This document shows, piece after piece, positions 14,301 through 25,474 of a stretch of 64,000 bases of DNA. How positions within the stretch are numbered: position 1 is the stretch's first letter; every line of letters begins with the position of its first letter. This stretch comes from Phoronis australis (Eukaryota > Animalia > Phoronida). The notes below the pieces were generated by a model, which was not told the DNA's origin, made no database searches, and saw nothing but the letters and a program-made list of their open reading frames with translations. Both the position numbers and the translations under genes were made by a program. The DNA lies in contig NMRA01000114.1 in assembly GCA_002633005.1 (NCBI GenBank), positions 898,827-962,826 on the forward strand, in the 5' to 3' direction.

Positions 14301-17300
14301 AAGAACATGCTCCCAATTAGATGTAACTTGCTAAATGCCCAAATTATTTCCTTGGCATTTTAGTGTTTACTTTCCGCGGCCAAAGGGGGGGGCAAGACCC
14401 CTTCCTGGTAGCATTATATCGGAGAACAGTGGAGGTGGAACTCAGAAGAATCAGAAGATGCAGTCTTTAGTCAAATCCGTAGCGCTTACGACGATGACGC
14501 CCTGCTCGACCAGTTGTATTCTAAGAAATCCGCAGGACACACTCCAGCAAGTACTGGTCTACGCATAGGCGGATCCACGGGGGATCAAGGGGTCCGGAGT
14601 CCCATTTTTTCCCTTGATTTTAGTGATATCAAATCTATAATTTTCAAATTATTGACTTGGCCCCCCTTTCAAAAAATCCTTGACCGTCCCCCCTTTAAAA
14701 ATCCTGGATCACCCCTGCTACGTTTGATCTTGTGTCATAGTAAAACTGAATATTGAAAATAGTCCATTTTCGCTCTAAAACTGCGTCGCAAATGCACTCC
14801 GCGGCATCATTCAGTTGTACCTATACCATGCAAGTATGACAAATTTAACAGTTAAACCTGGGTCTGACCAAGTCTAAAGTTAAACATGGTTTAAGATCTT
14901 AAAACAGGTCTAAAGAATATAGACCTCGTTGGTGAAATGAAAACTGACTTAGACCAGGTCTAAACTGGAGTTAAACCAGGTTTTACTAGACCACTGGTCT
15001 GAAAGTTAAACAACCTTTATGAAATACAGATTATCTTTAAACCTGGTCTAAGTCCAGCTTAAACCAGGTTTCACTTTAAACCACCTTTATGAAATCGGCC
15101 GTTAGATTCTAGTTGGCAGTGCGGGGGGTGTAACTGTCTGACGGACAAAATCTTGTCTAATCCTTGGCCCCCCTGACTCAAAATCCTGGATCCGCCCCTG
15201 CCGCTGAGTGTGAAACCAATCAAAAGGGATTTACAGCAGGTATAACCCTGGTAAATGATGTAACCGTGCCAGCTTCCTATATTGACTTTGTTTTACGTCA
15301 GTCTTGGTTAGAAAATTCAACTAACTTGTGCAGTTGCTGACAGCTGGCGACCATGTTTCCTGACTGGTACATTTAGCGGTAACCGTGGTGACGTTGTTGG
15401 GCAGCTGGTAACCAGTAAAGCATGTGAAAGTTACTGTTGAATCTACGTCGACTGTGGTATTATCACTGTTGCTAATGCAGTACTCCGGTGTGGGAACTGT
15501 GCATGTCATGACTGAAAAATGAGTGCGAGTGAAGTCATACCATGCGGATTTAAAATGCCATTATGAAAACGACACATAGGTTACGGTCGAATGTGTTGAC
15601 GTACCCGTAACTGGTAGAAGTCATAATTAGGCGATTAGTGAAGAGCACCAAACAGTGCCATTGAATCTTACTAAAGGTGTTTGGTGGTTTACAGACTACC
15701 GGACAAGCACAAGGTTAGGAAGAGGTGACTTTAAACGCACCTGCTGATTAGGCACTTACGTAAGCATATGTAACGTTATGTGAAATAATGTAATTCTTGA
15801 AAAATGAAGATAAAAGTTTGTGAATAAACTCACCTCTATATACAGTTACGAATCCCTTGAATAAATTTATGTTTTAAAATCGGTGACTTTTGTGTGTTGT
15901 TAGGCAATTACTTTTTCCAATTCATAAGTTTGCTTAAAAATTTAAAACAAGTCGACGATGTAGCTAATAATCAAGCTTGACTTAATTATTTCAAGCGATG
16001 CTCCTCAAATTTAAAAATGTTTTGCACAGATAGATGCTTGCAAATAATTTGGAATGTATAAGCAGCATGTCCTGTAGGAACATAAGTGTAAATAAATGCA
16101 TACGAGATATTTATATGGTGGCTTAAAAAATTGCCCAATTTTATTGCATGTCGGTACATTTTGTATCAAAGGTGTTTGGGGGTTAACTGACTAAGTGACA
16201 AGTACACGGGTAGGAAAATGTGACTTTAAATGCACCTACTGATTAGGCACATACGTAAGCGCATGTAATTATATGTGGAATAATGTGTTTCTTGAAAAAT
16301 GCTCACATATTTTGAATATAAGCGCGTGCAATTAAGCTCACCTGTATAAACAGTTGCCAATCCCTTGAACACATTTATGTCTTAAAATGGGTGATTTTTT
16401 TGTGTGTTCTTAGGTTATTTGGTGTTCTAATTCATCAATTAGTTTCAAATTTTAAAACAAGTAGATGTCTACCACCATGTAGCTAATAAATCAAATTTGA
16501 CTTTCTTCATATTTTGAAGCGATGCTCCTCGACTTTACAAATATTTATTTCACATATAGGTAGAAGAGAATAATTTGGAATATATGAGCAGCATGTCCTA
16601 TAGGCACATAGGTGAAAATAAATACAACTATATACGCGGTATTTGTATTGTGGCTCAAAATGTTACCCAATTTTATTGCATGTCGGTACATTTTTTACCA
16701 TAAAAGATTTCCATTCTTTTTAAAAATATGTGGATATGCATGAAATATTTGCTGACGATTCTGCGTTGTTTGACAGTGCATGAGGCAAAATACACTCATC
16801 TGAACAATTCCAATAAAAGTGAGTTCGTCAGCATCACATATCTGTTGTAGGGATCTTTGAATGACGGAGTTTTTTCTTTGGCTTACAAACATCGCACACT
16901 AATGGTAAAAATTCTCACGCACTGTATTAACATTTTGCTGATATCGAGCAGTGGCGACCAGATCAACCTTTTAGGTTTCATCCAGTCACCTATATAACAC
17001 CGCGTAAATTAATTCGTTAAATATCCAAAGGGCCAATTTTTGATTTAGTTATAGACTAGTTCACTTACTGTTAACACTTTGATTATACCCACTGGCCTCT
17101 CAAACGGTCGGCAGTACGCACGCAGCATTTCAAGGTAGCTACCTGCCTTCATAACAAACGGTCAGATTTCTAGGAATACATTTTAAAGGCTATTTTGATC
17201 TTTATAAAATGTCACATTTTTGTGAAGAAATATGGTGTGCCCCAGGGAATAATACACGCATTTTTGTAGTCACGCAGTGCACAGTTTTTATGAAAACAAA

Positions 17301-20300
17301 ATTTTTATACAAATCGTTGCAATTTCCACGCGTGCACGTTAGTAAACTTCAATTGTAGATTTTGCTTATTCATCTGACTACCTTCAATGACACGACTGTA
17401 AGTTTGTGTTAATGACTTAAAAGTTAACTACTTAATAATGCAATTTCATGGACATAATTAAACAACAGACAAGATTGTTTTTCCTCCTTCTGCAGCCACA
17501 TTACAGACAATAAGGGATGAACTGACCTTCGCAAGAAGTAACTGGATCACTCCACTTTTCATGGCCGTCGCAAGATATGGTTCGTTGCCTAGACTTTTCC
17601 GGAAACTGGAATTTCTGTTGACATGTGAAAGATACTGCAGTCCCGTAAGGCACGGTAGGCGATGATACATTATTAGCAGCATTTTGGACTGTAGGGACTG
17701 TGCACTTGGTTACTGAAAGGAGAAAAAACAATGATAAATCAATGTCAATATCCAAAATGGTGCACACAGTTCAATTTGTTCTTCGGGCTTGAAATTCTTC
17801 TGTTATGCCATTTTATTTGCAGCATGACAATGAAAGGATCACACAGACAATGTGACAAAGGGAAAACTGACAGACAGAACTTCAAATAGACGGAATACTT
17901 TTGACAGCCTATGGGGCATTTAAATAATTCTTTACTTATATGGTAGACGAGGGAGGCATATTTCTTGCTTGGTACTGTGCGGTTCCAGTTCGTCAAAACA
18001 TGACAAACATCAGTTGGTATTCAAACATTTTGGAGCACATTTAATGTGCTCGGCTCTAGGGCTAGAGATTTTGTTTTAGTTAGTAGCACTAGATTTGGTC
18101 GGCTGCCCTGCATTTTGCCAGGGTAAAAATTTAAAAGCAATGGGTATGATTGAAGACGAAATTAGAGGTTTTGATCCTCACTCTGCAAGCGTCAAGTGAC
18201 AAGAGCTCAACAGTTACATTGTGTCAAATGAAATCTTTATCAACCAATGACGCAGGAGACAATTCTGAAATTATTACAACAAAGGCATGAGAAAATTACA
18301 CGCTGTTTGGAATTTGGTATACGATTGCGAAATAATCAGAATATGTAGATAAAAGAGACACGGCACCTTTGTGTTGTAAAAAGCACACAATCCCTGGACT
18401 CAATTTCCAGTTCTGGTGTGTAAGATGTTAGGGAATTTACAAAGACGAGCCACTGAACTACCGTCAGAATTACGATCATTGGAAAAACTGGATATTTTAG
18501 TGACAACCTTTTGATTATCCAGGTCTAAAGAATATAGACCTCGTTGGTGAAATGAAAACTGACTTAGACCAGGTCTAAACTGGAGTTAAACCAGGTTTTA
18601 CTAGACCACTGGTCTGAAAGTTAAACAACCTTTATGAAATACAGATTATCTTTAAACCTGGTCTAAGTCCAGCTTAAACCAGGTTTAACTTTAAACCACC
18701 TTTATGAAATCGGCCGTTAGATTCTAGTTGGCAGTGCGGGGGGTGTAACTGTCTGACGGACAAAATCTTGTCTAATCCTTGGCCCCCCTGACTCAAAATC
18801 CTGGATCCGCCCCTGCCGCTGAGTGTGAAACCAATCAAAAGGGATTTACAGCAGGTATAACCCTGGTAAATGATGTAACCGTGCCAGCTTCCTATATTGA
18901 CTTTGTTTTACGTCAGTCTTGGTTAGAAAATTCAACTAACTTGTGCAGTTGCTGACAGCTGGCGACCATGTTTCCTGACTGGTACATTTAGCGGTAACCG
19001 TGGTGACGTTGTTGGGCAGCTGGTAACCAGTAAAGCATGTGAAAGTTACTGTTGAATCTACGTCGACTGTGGTATTATCACTGTTGCTAATGCAGTACTC
19101 CGGTGTGGGAACTGTGCATGTCATGACTGAAAAATGAGTGCGAGTGAAGTCATACCATGCGGATTTAAAATGCCATTATGAAAACGACACATAGGTTACG
19201 GTCGAATGTGTTGACGTACCCGTAACTGGTAGAAGTCATAATTAGGCGATTAGTGAAGAGCACCAAACAGTGCCATTGAATCTTACTAAAGGTGTTTGGT
19301 GGTTTACAGACTACCGGACAAGCACAAGGTTAGGAAGAGGTGACTTTAAACGCACCTGCTGATTAGGCACTTACGTAAGCATATGTAACGTTATGTGAAA
19401 TAATGTAATTCTTGAAAAATGAAGATAAAAGTTTGTGAATAAACTCACCTCTATATACAGTTACGAATCCCTTGAATAAATTTATGTTTTAAAATCGGTG
19501 ACTTTTGTGTGTTGTTAGGCAATTACTTTTTCCAATTCATAAGTTTGCTTAAAAATTTAAAACAAGTCGACGATGTAGCTAATAATCAAGCTTGACTTAA
19601 TTATTTCAAGCGATGCTCCTCAAATTTAAAAATGTTTTGCACAGATAGATGCTTGCAAATAATTTGGAATGTATAAGCAGCATGTCCTGTAGGAACATAA
19701 GTGTAAATAAATGCATACGAGATATTTATATGGTGGCTTAAAAAATTGCCCAATTTTATTGCATGTCGGTACATTTTGTATCAAAGGTGTTTGGGGGTTA
19801 ACTGACTAAGTGACAAGTACACGGGTAGGAAAATGTGACTTTAAATGCACCTACTGATTAGGCACATACGTAAGCGCATGTAATTATATGTGGAATAATG
19901 TGTTTCTTGAAAAATGCTCACATATTTTGAATATAAGCGCGTGCAATTAAGCTCACCTGTATAAACAGTTGCCAATCCCTTGAACACATTTATGTCTTAA
20001 AATGGGTGATTTTTTTGTGTGTTCTTAGGTTATTTGGTGTTCTAATTCATCAATTAGTTTCAAATTTTAAAACAAGTAGATGTCTACCACCATGTAGCTA
20101 ATAAATCAAATTTGACTTTCTTCATATTTTGAAGCGATGCTCCTCGACTTTACAAATATTTATTTCACATATAGGTAGAAGAGAATAATTTGGAATATAT
20201 GAGCAGCATGTCCTATAGGCACATAGGTGAAAATAAATACAACTATATACGCGGTATTTGTATTGTGGCTCAAAATGTTACCCAATTTTATTGCATGTCG

Positions 20301-23300
20301 GTACATTTTTTACCATAAAAGATTTCCATTCTTTTTAAAAATATGTGGATATGCATGAAATATTTGCTGACGATTCTGCGTTGTTTGACAGTGCATGAGG
20401 CAAAATACACTCATCTGAACAATTCCAATAAAAGTGAGTTCGTCAGCATCACATATCTGTTGTAGGGATCTTTGAATGACGGAGTTTTTTCTTTGGCTTA
20501 CAAACATCGCACACTAATGGTAAAAATTCTCACGCACTGTATTAACATTTTGCTGATATCGAGCAGTGGCGACCAGATCAACCTTTTAGGTTTCATCCAG
20601 TCACCTATATAACACCGCGTAAATTAATTCGTTAAATATCCAAAGGGCCAATTTTTGATTTAGTTATAGACTAGTTCACTTACTGTTAACACTTTGATTA
20701 TACCCACTGGCCTCTCAAACGGTCGGCAGTACGCACGCAGCATTTCAAGGTAGCTACCTGCCTTCATAACAAACGGTCAGATTTCTAGGAATACATTTTA
20801 AAGGCTATTTTGATCTTTATAAAATGTCACATTTTTGTGAAGAAATATGGTGTGCCCCAGGGAATAATACACGCATTTTTGTAGTCACCCAGTGCACAGT
20901 TTTTATGAAAACAAAAGTTTTATACAAATTGTTGCAATTTCCACGCGTGCACGTTAGTAAACTTCAATTGTAGATTTTGCTTATTCATTTGATTACCTTC
21001 AATGACACGACTGTAAGTTTGTGCTAATGACTTAAAAGTTAACTACCTAATAATGCAATTTCATGGACATAATTAAACAACAGACAACATTGTTTTTCCT
21101 CCTTCTGCAGCCACATCACAGAAAATAAGGGATGAACTGACCTTCGCAAGACGTAACTGGATCACTCCACTTTTCACGGCCGTCGCAAGATATGGTTCGT
21201 TGCCTAGATTTTTCCGGAAACTGGAATTTCTGTTGACATATGAAAGTTACTGCAGTCCCGTAAGGCACGGTAGGCGACGATACATTATTAGCAGCATTTT
21301 GGACTGTAGGGACGGTGCATTTGGTTACTGAAAGGAGAAAAAACAATGATAAATCAATGTCAATATCCAAAATGGTGCACACAGTTCAATTTGTTCTTCG
21401 GGTTTGAAATTCTTCTGTTATGCCATTTTATTTGCAACATGACAATGAAAGGATCACACAGACAATGTGACAAAGGGAAAACTGACAGACAGAACTTCAA
21501 ATAGACGGAATACCTTTGACAGCCTATGGGGCATTTAAATAATTCTTTACTTATATGGTAGACGAGGTAGGCGTATTTCTCGATTGGTACAGTGCGGTTC
21601 CAGTTTATCAAAACATGACAAACATCAGTTTGTATTCAAACATTTTGGAGCACATTTAATGTGCTCGGCTCTAGGACTAGAGATTTTGTTTTAGTTAGTA
21701 GCACTAGATTTGATCGGCTGCCCTGCATTTTGCTAGGGTAAAAATTTAAAAGCAATGGGTATGATTGAAGACGAAATTAGAGGTTTTGATCCTCACTCTG
21801 CAAGCGTCAAGTGACAAGAGCTCAACAGTTACATTGTGTCAAAAGAAATCTTTATCAACCAATGACGCAGGAGACAATTCTGAAATTATTACAACAAAGG
21901 CTTGAGAAAATTACACCCTGTTTGGAATTTGGTATACGATTGCGAAATAATTAGAATATGTAGATAAAAGAGACCCGGCACCTTTGTGTTGTGAAAAGCA
22001 CACAATCCCTGGACTCAATTTCCAGTTGTGGTATGTAAGATGCTAGGGAATTTACAAAGACGAGCCACTGAACTGACGTCAGAATTATGATCATTGGAAA
22101 AACTGGATATTTTAATGACAACCTTTTGATTATCCAACCTTTCAACAAGTATGATTTGAAAGCATATTGTTCGCTAAGGTTTTATAAAAGAAAAGCTCAT
22201 GGAAATCTCGGTCACACACAAGTAGGTAGAACTCCTCCTACAATTCATAGTACTCTTAGGACAAGGCATGTTTCTTTACTACACAGCTCAGTCGTGGATT
22301 TAGGGGGGGGGGGGTGCCCTGCTAAAACTCTCCACCGGAATCCATTCAGCGGTTCGGGGTTGTCAATGTCTGACCGGCAAAATCCTGGCTAATTCCTAAA
22401 TCAAAATCCTGGATCCGCCTCTGCTGCTGAGTGTGAAACACATCAACAATGATTTGTAGCAAGTAAAATCCTGGTAAATGAACTAATCGTGTAAGCTATA
22501 TATATTGACTTTGTTTTTAGTCAGTCTTGATTACCCAAGTTTACTGACTTGTGCAGTTGCTGACAGCTGGCGACCATGCTTCCTGACTGGTACATTTAGC
22601 GGTAACCGTGGTGACGTTGTTGGGCAGCTGGTAACCAGTAAAGCATGTGAAAGTTACTGTTGAATCAACTTCGACTGTAGTATAATCACTGTTGCTAATG
22701 CAGTACTCCGGTGTGGGAACTGTGCATGTCATGACTGAAAAATGAGTGCGAGTCAAGTGATACCATGTGGATTTAAAACGCCATTATCAAAACGACCCAT
22801 ATGTAAAGGGCGCTGTATAGCGACATTGAATGTTACTAAAGGTGTTCGGGGGTTTACCGACTACCGGACAAGCACACAGGTAGAAAAATGTAACTTTAAA
22901 TGAACCTAGTGATATACGTAAATGCATGAAATTACATCTGAAGCAATTTGTTACTTGAAAAATGCTCACATGTTGTTCCTCTATTCGTGAGACGATAATT
23001 AGTACTTCCTGGTACGCGGCAACAGTGTGGCATGTTGACTGACTCGTAAACAAAAGCAAACGACGACCTAACGTATGACAACGGAGGTAGATCAATGGCT
23101 GACTCGACAGCCCTCGTAGTCAAATTATATGACAAGAAATAGGCGTGAACTTCTTACCTCCCACAACGTCACTTCCGGAGTAGATAACGAATAATTAATG
23201 AAATTACAAAAAGATGTAATTAAATGGAAAATATGTCTTGGATAACCAACGAACATTATTTGTGCTAAAAATGACATGCAAAAAGGTTGCCTTCGACTTT

Positions 23301-25474
23301 AAATGCATCTACTGATTAGGCATATACGTAAGCGCATGTAATTATATGTGAAATAATGTGTTTCTTGAAAAATGCTCACATGTTTCGAATATAAGTGCTT
23401 GCAATTAAGCTCACCTGTATATACAGTTGGCAATCCCTGGAAAATACTAATGTCTTAAAATCGATAAATTTCTTGTGTTGTTAAGTCGTTGGTTCTTTTA
23501 ATTCTTCAATTTGTATAAAAACTTAGAACAAGTCGACGTCAACAACAATATAGTTAACAAATCAAGTTTGACTACCTCAATAATTTGAAGCGATGTTCGT
23601 CGACTTTACAAATGTTCATAGGTGAAGGCAAATAATTTGGGATGTATAAGCAACATGTCCTATTGGCACATAGGTGCAAATAAAGACATATCATCTTTAT
23701 ATGAGTCAAAAGTTGCCCAATTTGATTGCATGTGTACAAATCTGATCGTGGAACATTTCCGTTCTTTTTGAAATAATGCCAAAATAGAAGAAATATTTAC
23801 TGAAGGCTTTGCGTTGTTTGATGACACATAACGCAAATGCATCCTTATGAGCGCTGCCGATAAAGGTGAGTTCGTCATCATCACAAAGCATTTTTCAAAA
23901 CCTTTGAATGTCGCAGTTGTTTCTATGGCTGACAAACATCGCCCACTCATCATGAAAATACGGTATGCATCAGGATATACTACACAAATATTTGTGGTCA
24001 TTTTTTTTTATAAAAATCGCTGCAATTTGCACGCTTGCACGTTTGTATACCTGAATTGCTGATTTTTTGATCCATTTGATTACCTACTATGACAACCCTC
24101 TACTAAGTTGTGTTTTAAGGACTTTTAGTCAAATTACTGAAGAATGCATCAGGAGGGACATAATGAAACACTAGACGAGATTGTTTTCTCTCTCTGTGCA
24201 TCCACATCACAGAAAAAATGGAAGAACTGACCTTCACAAGAAGATACATGATCACTCCACTTTTCATGGCCGCCACAATATATGATTCGTTCCCTGGATT
24301 TGTCCGGAAAATGGAATTTCGGTTGACAAGTAAAATATACTGCAGTCCCGTGAGGCACGGTAGGCGATGATACATTATTAGCAGCATTTTGGACTGTAGG
24401 GACGGTGCACTTGGTGACTGAAAGGAGAATAAGCAAAGAAAAATCGCGGTCAGTGTCCCAAATGGTGTACACAGTGAATTTTGTTCTCCGAGAACATTGG
24501 TTGTGCATAGTTTAAAATTCCTCAATTTGTTACGACATTATTAGTATTTTCAGGGTGGCATCGAAACGATCGCAAGGAAAACGCGATCATGAGTGAACTG
24601 ATATACAGAGCCTCAAATATGCGGGGTTTTTATTTGGACAGCCTATGTGGTAAATAGAATTTACTTTACTGTAGATGGGTGACGGGCTTCTCGTTTGTTA
24701 CAGTGTTATCTCAATTGGCCAAACGACCAAATGCAAACAAAAAATCGTAATCTTCAGTTGGTATTCATAATCTTTTTTCGTGCATATTTACTATGATCGG
24801 CCCTGGGGCTAAAGATGTGGTTTTGGTCAGTACCGTCAGTTTTGTTCGGCTGGTCTGCATTTTGCCTGATAGTGTTAACATCCGAAAACAATGGGTATAA
24901 TTCAAGTACTCTGCGTTCCCCAAGTGACCCGAACTCAGTAACTACAGTGCGTCAATCGCAATTTCTAAGCACAAATGACGCAGGAAGTCGTCCTAAAATT
25001 ATTGCCGCATACATGACAAAATTGCAGCCAGTTTTGAATTTGGTTTAAAATTGTAAAATAATTAAATAATGGTATTGGAGATACCAACGGCATTTTGAAG
25101 TGCAGGGAGCATGAAATCGTTCGAAGCGTCAACGAGTCTTGCGGGGTACGAAGCTCAGGGCTTATAAGAACGAAACTACTTTCTGAATCAAAAACATTGG
25201 AAAATTGAACACTCGTGAAAATGTTTTGGTTATCGCAATGCTTAACAATCACGATTTGATAGCGTATTGATTTTCCCAAACAACTTACCCGTGCAGTTGT
25301 TGACCTGTTTAGACCAAGTTTCCTGCTCGACACAAGTAGCAGTGACCGTGATGTTGTGATCGGGCAGCTCGTAACCATCTTCACATGTGAAAGTTAATGT
25401 TGTGTTCACGTTGACAGTGGTGTTCTCTGTGCTTCTGGCGCTGAACTCCGGTATTGGAACTGTGCATGTCATCA
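5229..25474 (-). CDS. Multi-exon gene model (5'-partial): GPI-anchored multi-sushi/CCP protein, at least 11 CCP modules
   Basis: join(complement): 25289-25474, 24232-24417, 22549-22734, 21142-21327, 18941-19126, 17527-17712, 15326-15511, 10411-10596, 9219-9404, 6996-7181, 5905-6090, 5229-5320. All introns are GT-AG, all phase 1, and the frame is open throughout. Confidence 0.85.
5905..6090 (-). CDS. Sushi/CCP exon, type A
   Basis: 186 nt, AG/GT bounded; VMTCTVPTPEF...FTCNAGYELPD...ATCVEQELWSKVVNNCT (C-C-C-W-C pattern). Confidence 0.9.
6996..7181 (-). CDS. Sushi/CCP exon, type B
   Basis: 186 nt, AG/GT bounded; VTKCTVPTVQNA...FLCRRTLQFPDKSRERTISCDGHEKWSDQLPACE. Confidence 0.9.
7785..8765 (+). 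mobile_element. 5'-truncated L1/Tx1-clade LINE (3' end of ORF2 with zf-RVT, plus 3' UTR)
   Basis: FFQFRLLYRIPLTN...CTFCK (frameshift) ETLEHLLFECEYVNSFW is the CCHC zf-RVT motif. Lies in an intron, antisense to the host gene. Confidence 0.85.
8770..9079 (-). mobile_element. Possible tRNA-derived SINE
   Basis: Minus strand begins GGCGATAGAGCAGTTGGTGGATAGCG (A-box/tRNA-like head). B box is degenerate. Confidence 0.3.
9219..9404 (-). CDS. Sushi/CCP exon, type A
   Basis: 186 nt, AG/GT bounded; VMTCTVPTPKF...FTCDTGYELPNH...TCVVQEIWSKSVNDCT. Confidence 0.9.
10411..10596 (-). CDS. Sushi/CCP exon, type B
   Basis: 186 nt, AG/GT bounded; TKCTVPTVHNA...FACKQKFQFPDKSRQRTISCDGHEKWSEQLRGCE. Confidence 0.9.
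10907..13215 (+). mobile_element. CAGTGGCGGATCT-type MITE split by a ~2.1-kb nested insertion
   Basis: 10907-11000 matches the left half and ~13092-13215 matches the right half of the intact copy at 52745-52985. Confidence 0.6.
11580..12180 (+). pseudogene. hAT transposase remnant (ZMYM1/THAP12-like)
   Basis: KRDADIEEAYKLIDRAVDEVQVL...WVEWFQD...IQIPRQPRQQKDRTNIPGETP resembles the segment N-terminal to the hAT dimerisation domain. Fragmentary, no intact ORF. Confidence 0.6.
13964..15101. mobile_element. PIF/Harbinger-type non-autonomous element
   Basis: 26-bp perfect TIR CGGCCGATTTCATAAAGGTGGTTTAA, TTA target-site duplication (13961-13963 and 15102-15104), and many subterminal AAACCAGGT/ACCTGGT repeats. 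Confidence 0.85.
14564..14717. mobile_element. 154-bp MITE with 5-bp TSD, nested in the Harbinger element
   Basis: CATAGGCGGATCC...GGATCACCCCTG flanked by CTACG on both sides. A second family member is inverted at ~54786-54940. Confidence 0.7.
15326..15511 (-). CDS. Sushi/CCP exon, type A' (5 Cys)
   Basis: 186 nt, AG/GT bounded; VMTCTVPTPEYCISNSD...FTCFTGYQLPNN...AKCTSQETWSPAVSNCT. Confidence 0.9.
15673..16695. repeat. Older intronic direct duplication (~490-bp units), repeated again at 19288-20310
   Basis: Both units start AAAGGTGTTTGG and end TTTTATTGCATGTCGGTACATTTT. Confidence 0.7.
17527..17712 (-). CDS. Sushi/CCP exon, type B
   Basis: 186 nt, AG/GT bounded; TKCTVPTVQNA...SFTCQQKFQFPEKSRQRTISCDGHEKWSDPVTSCE. 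Confidence 0.9.
18941..19126 (-). CDS. Sushi/CCP exon, type A' (5 Cys)
   Basis: 186 nt, identical to 15326-15511. Confidence 0.88.
21142..21327 (-). CDS. Sushi/CCP exon, type B
   Basis: 186 nt, AG/GT bounded; 8 nt (3 aa) differences from 17527-17712. Confidence 0.9.
22549..22734 (-). CDS. Sushi/CCP exon, type A' (5 Cys)
   Basis: 186 nt, AG/GT bounded; VMTCTVPTPEYCISNSDYTT...KCTSQEAWSPAVSNCT. Confidence 0.9.
22973..23298 (-). mobile_element. Truncated Kolobok-like element with THAP N-terminus
   Basis: Absent from paralogous introns. One end reads TTAA|AGTCGAAGGCAACC on the minus strand. Encodes MPHCCRVPGSTN, a degenerate THAP start. Confidence 0.5.
24232..24417 (-). CDS. Sushi/CCP exon, type B
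   Basis: 186 nt, AG/GT bounded; VTKCTVPTVQNA...YFTCQPKFHFPDKSRERIIYCGGHEKWSDHVSSCE. Confidence 0.9.
25289..25474 (-). CDS. Sushi/CCP exon, type A
   Basis: 186 nt, AG/GTAAGT bounded; MTCTVPIPEF...FTCEDGYELPDH...ATCVEQETWSKQVNNCT. Confidence 0.9.

Larger units (their letters stand above)
13909..15200. mobile_element. CAG.GGCGGAT...GGATCCGCCCCTG MITE interrupted by a Harbinger element
   Basis: Left part 13909-13960 and right part 15105-15200. An uninterrupted paralogous copy lies at 22289-22423. Confidence 0.6.
14905..22136. repeat. Tandem segmental duplication, 2 x 3,615 bp, each carrying one A' and one B exon
   Basis: Offset of 3615 for both exon pairs (15326/18941 and 17527/21142). Junction TTATC-CA-GGTCT at 18520-18521. 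Confidence 0.92.

Noticed and set aside
13964-15101. Recurrent AAACCAGGT/ACCTGGT motifs as a CRISPR-like or regulatory array
   Set aside because: Irregular spacing, both orientations, and bounded by TIRs with a TTA TSD; these are subterminal repeats of a Harbinger element.
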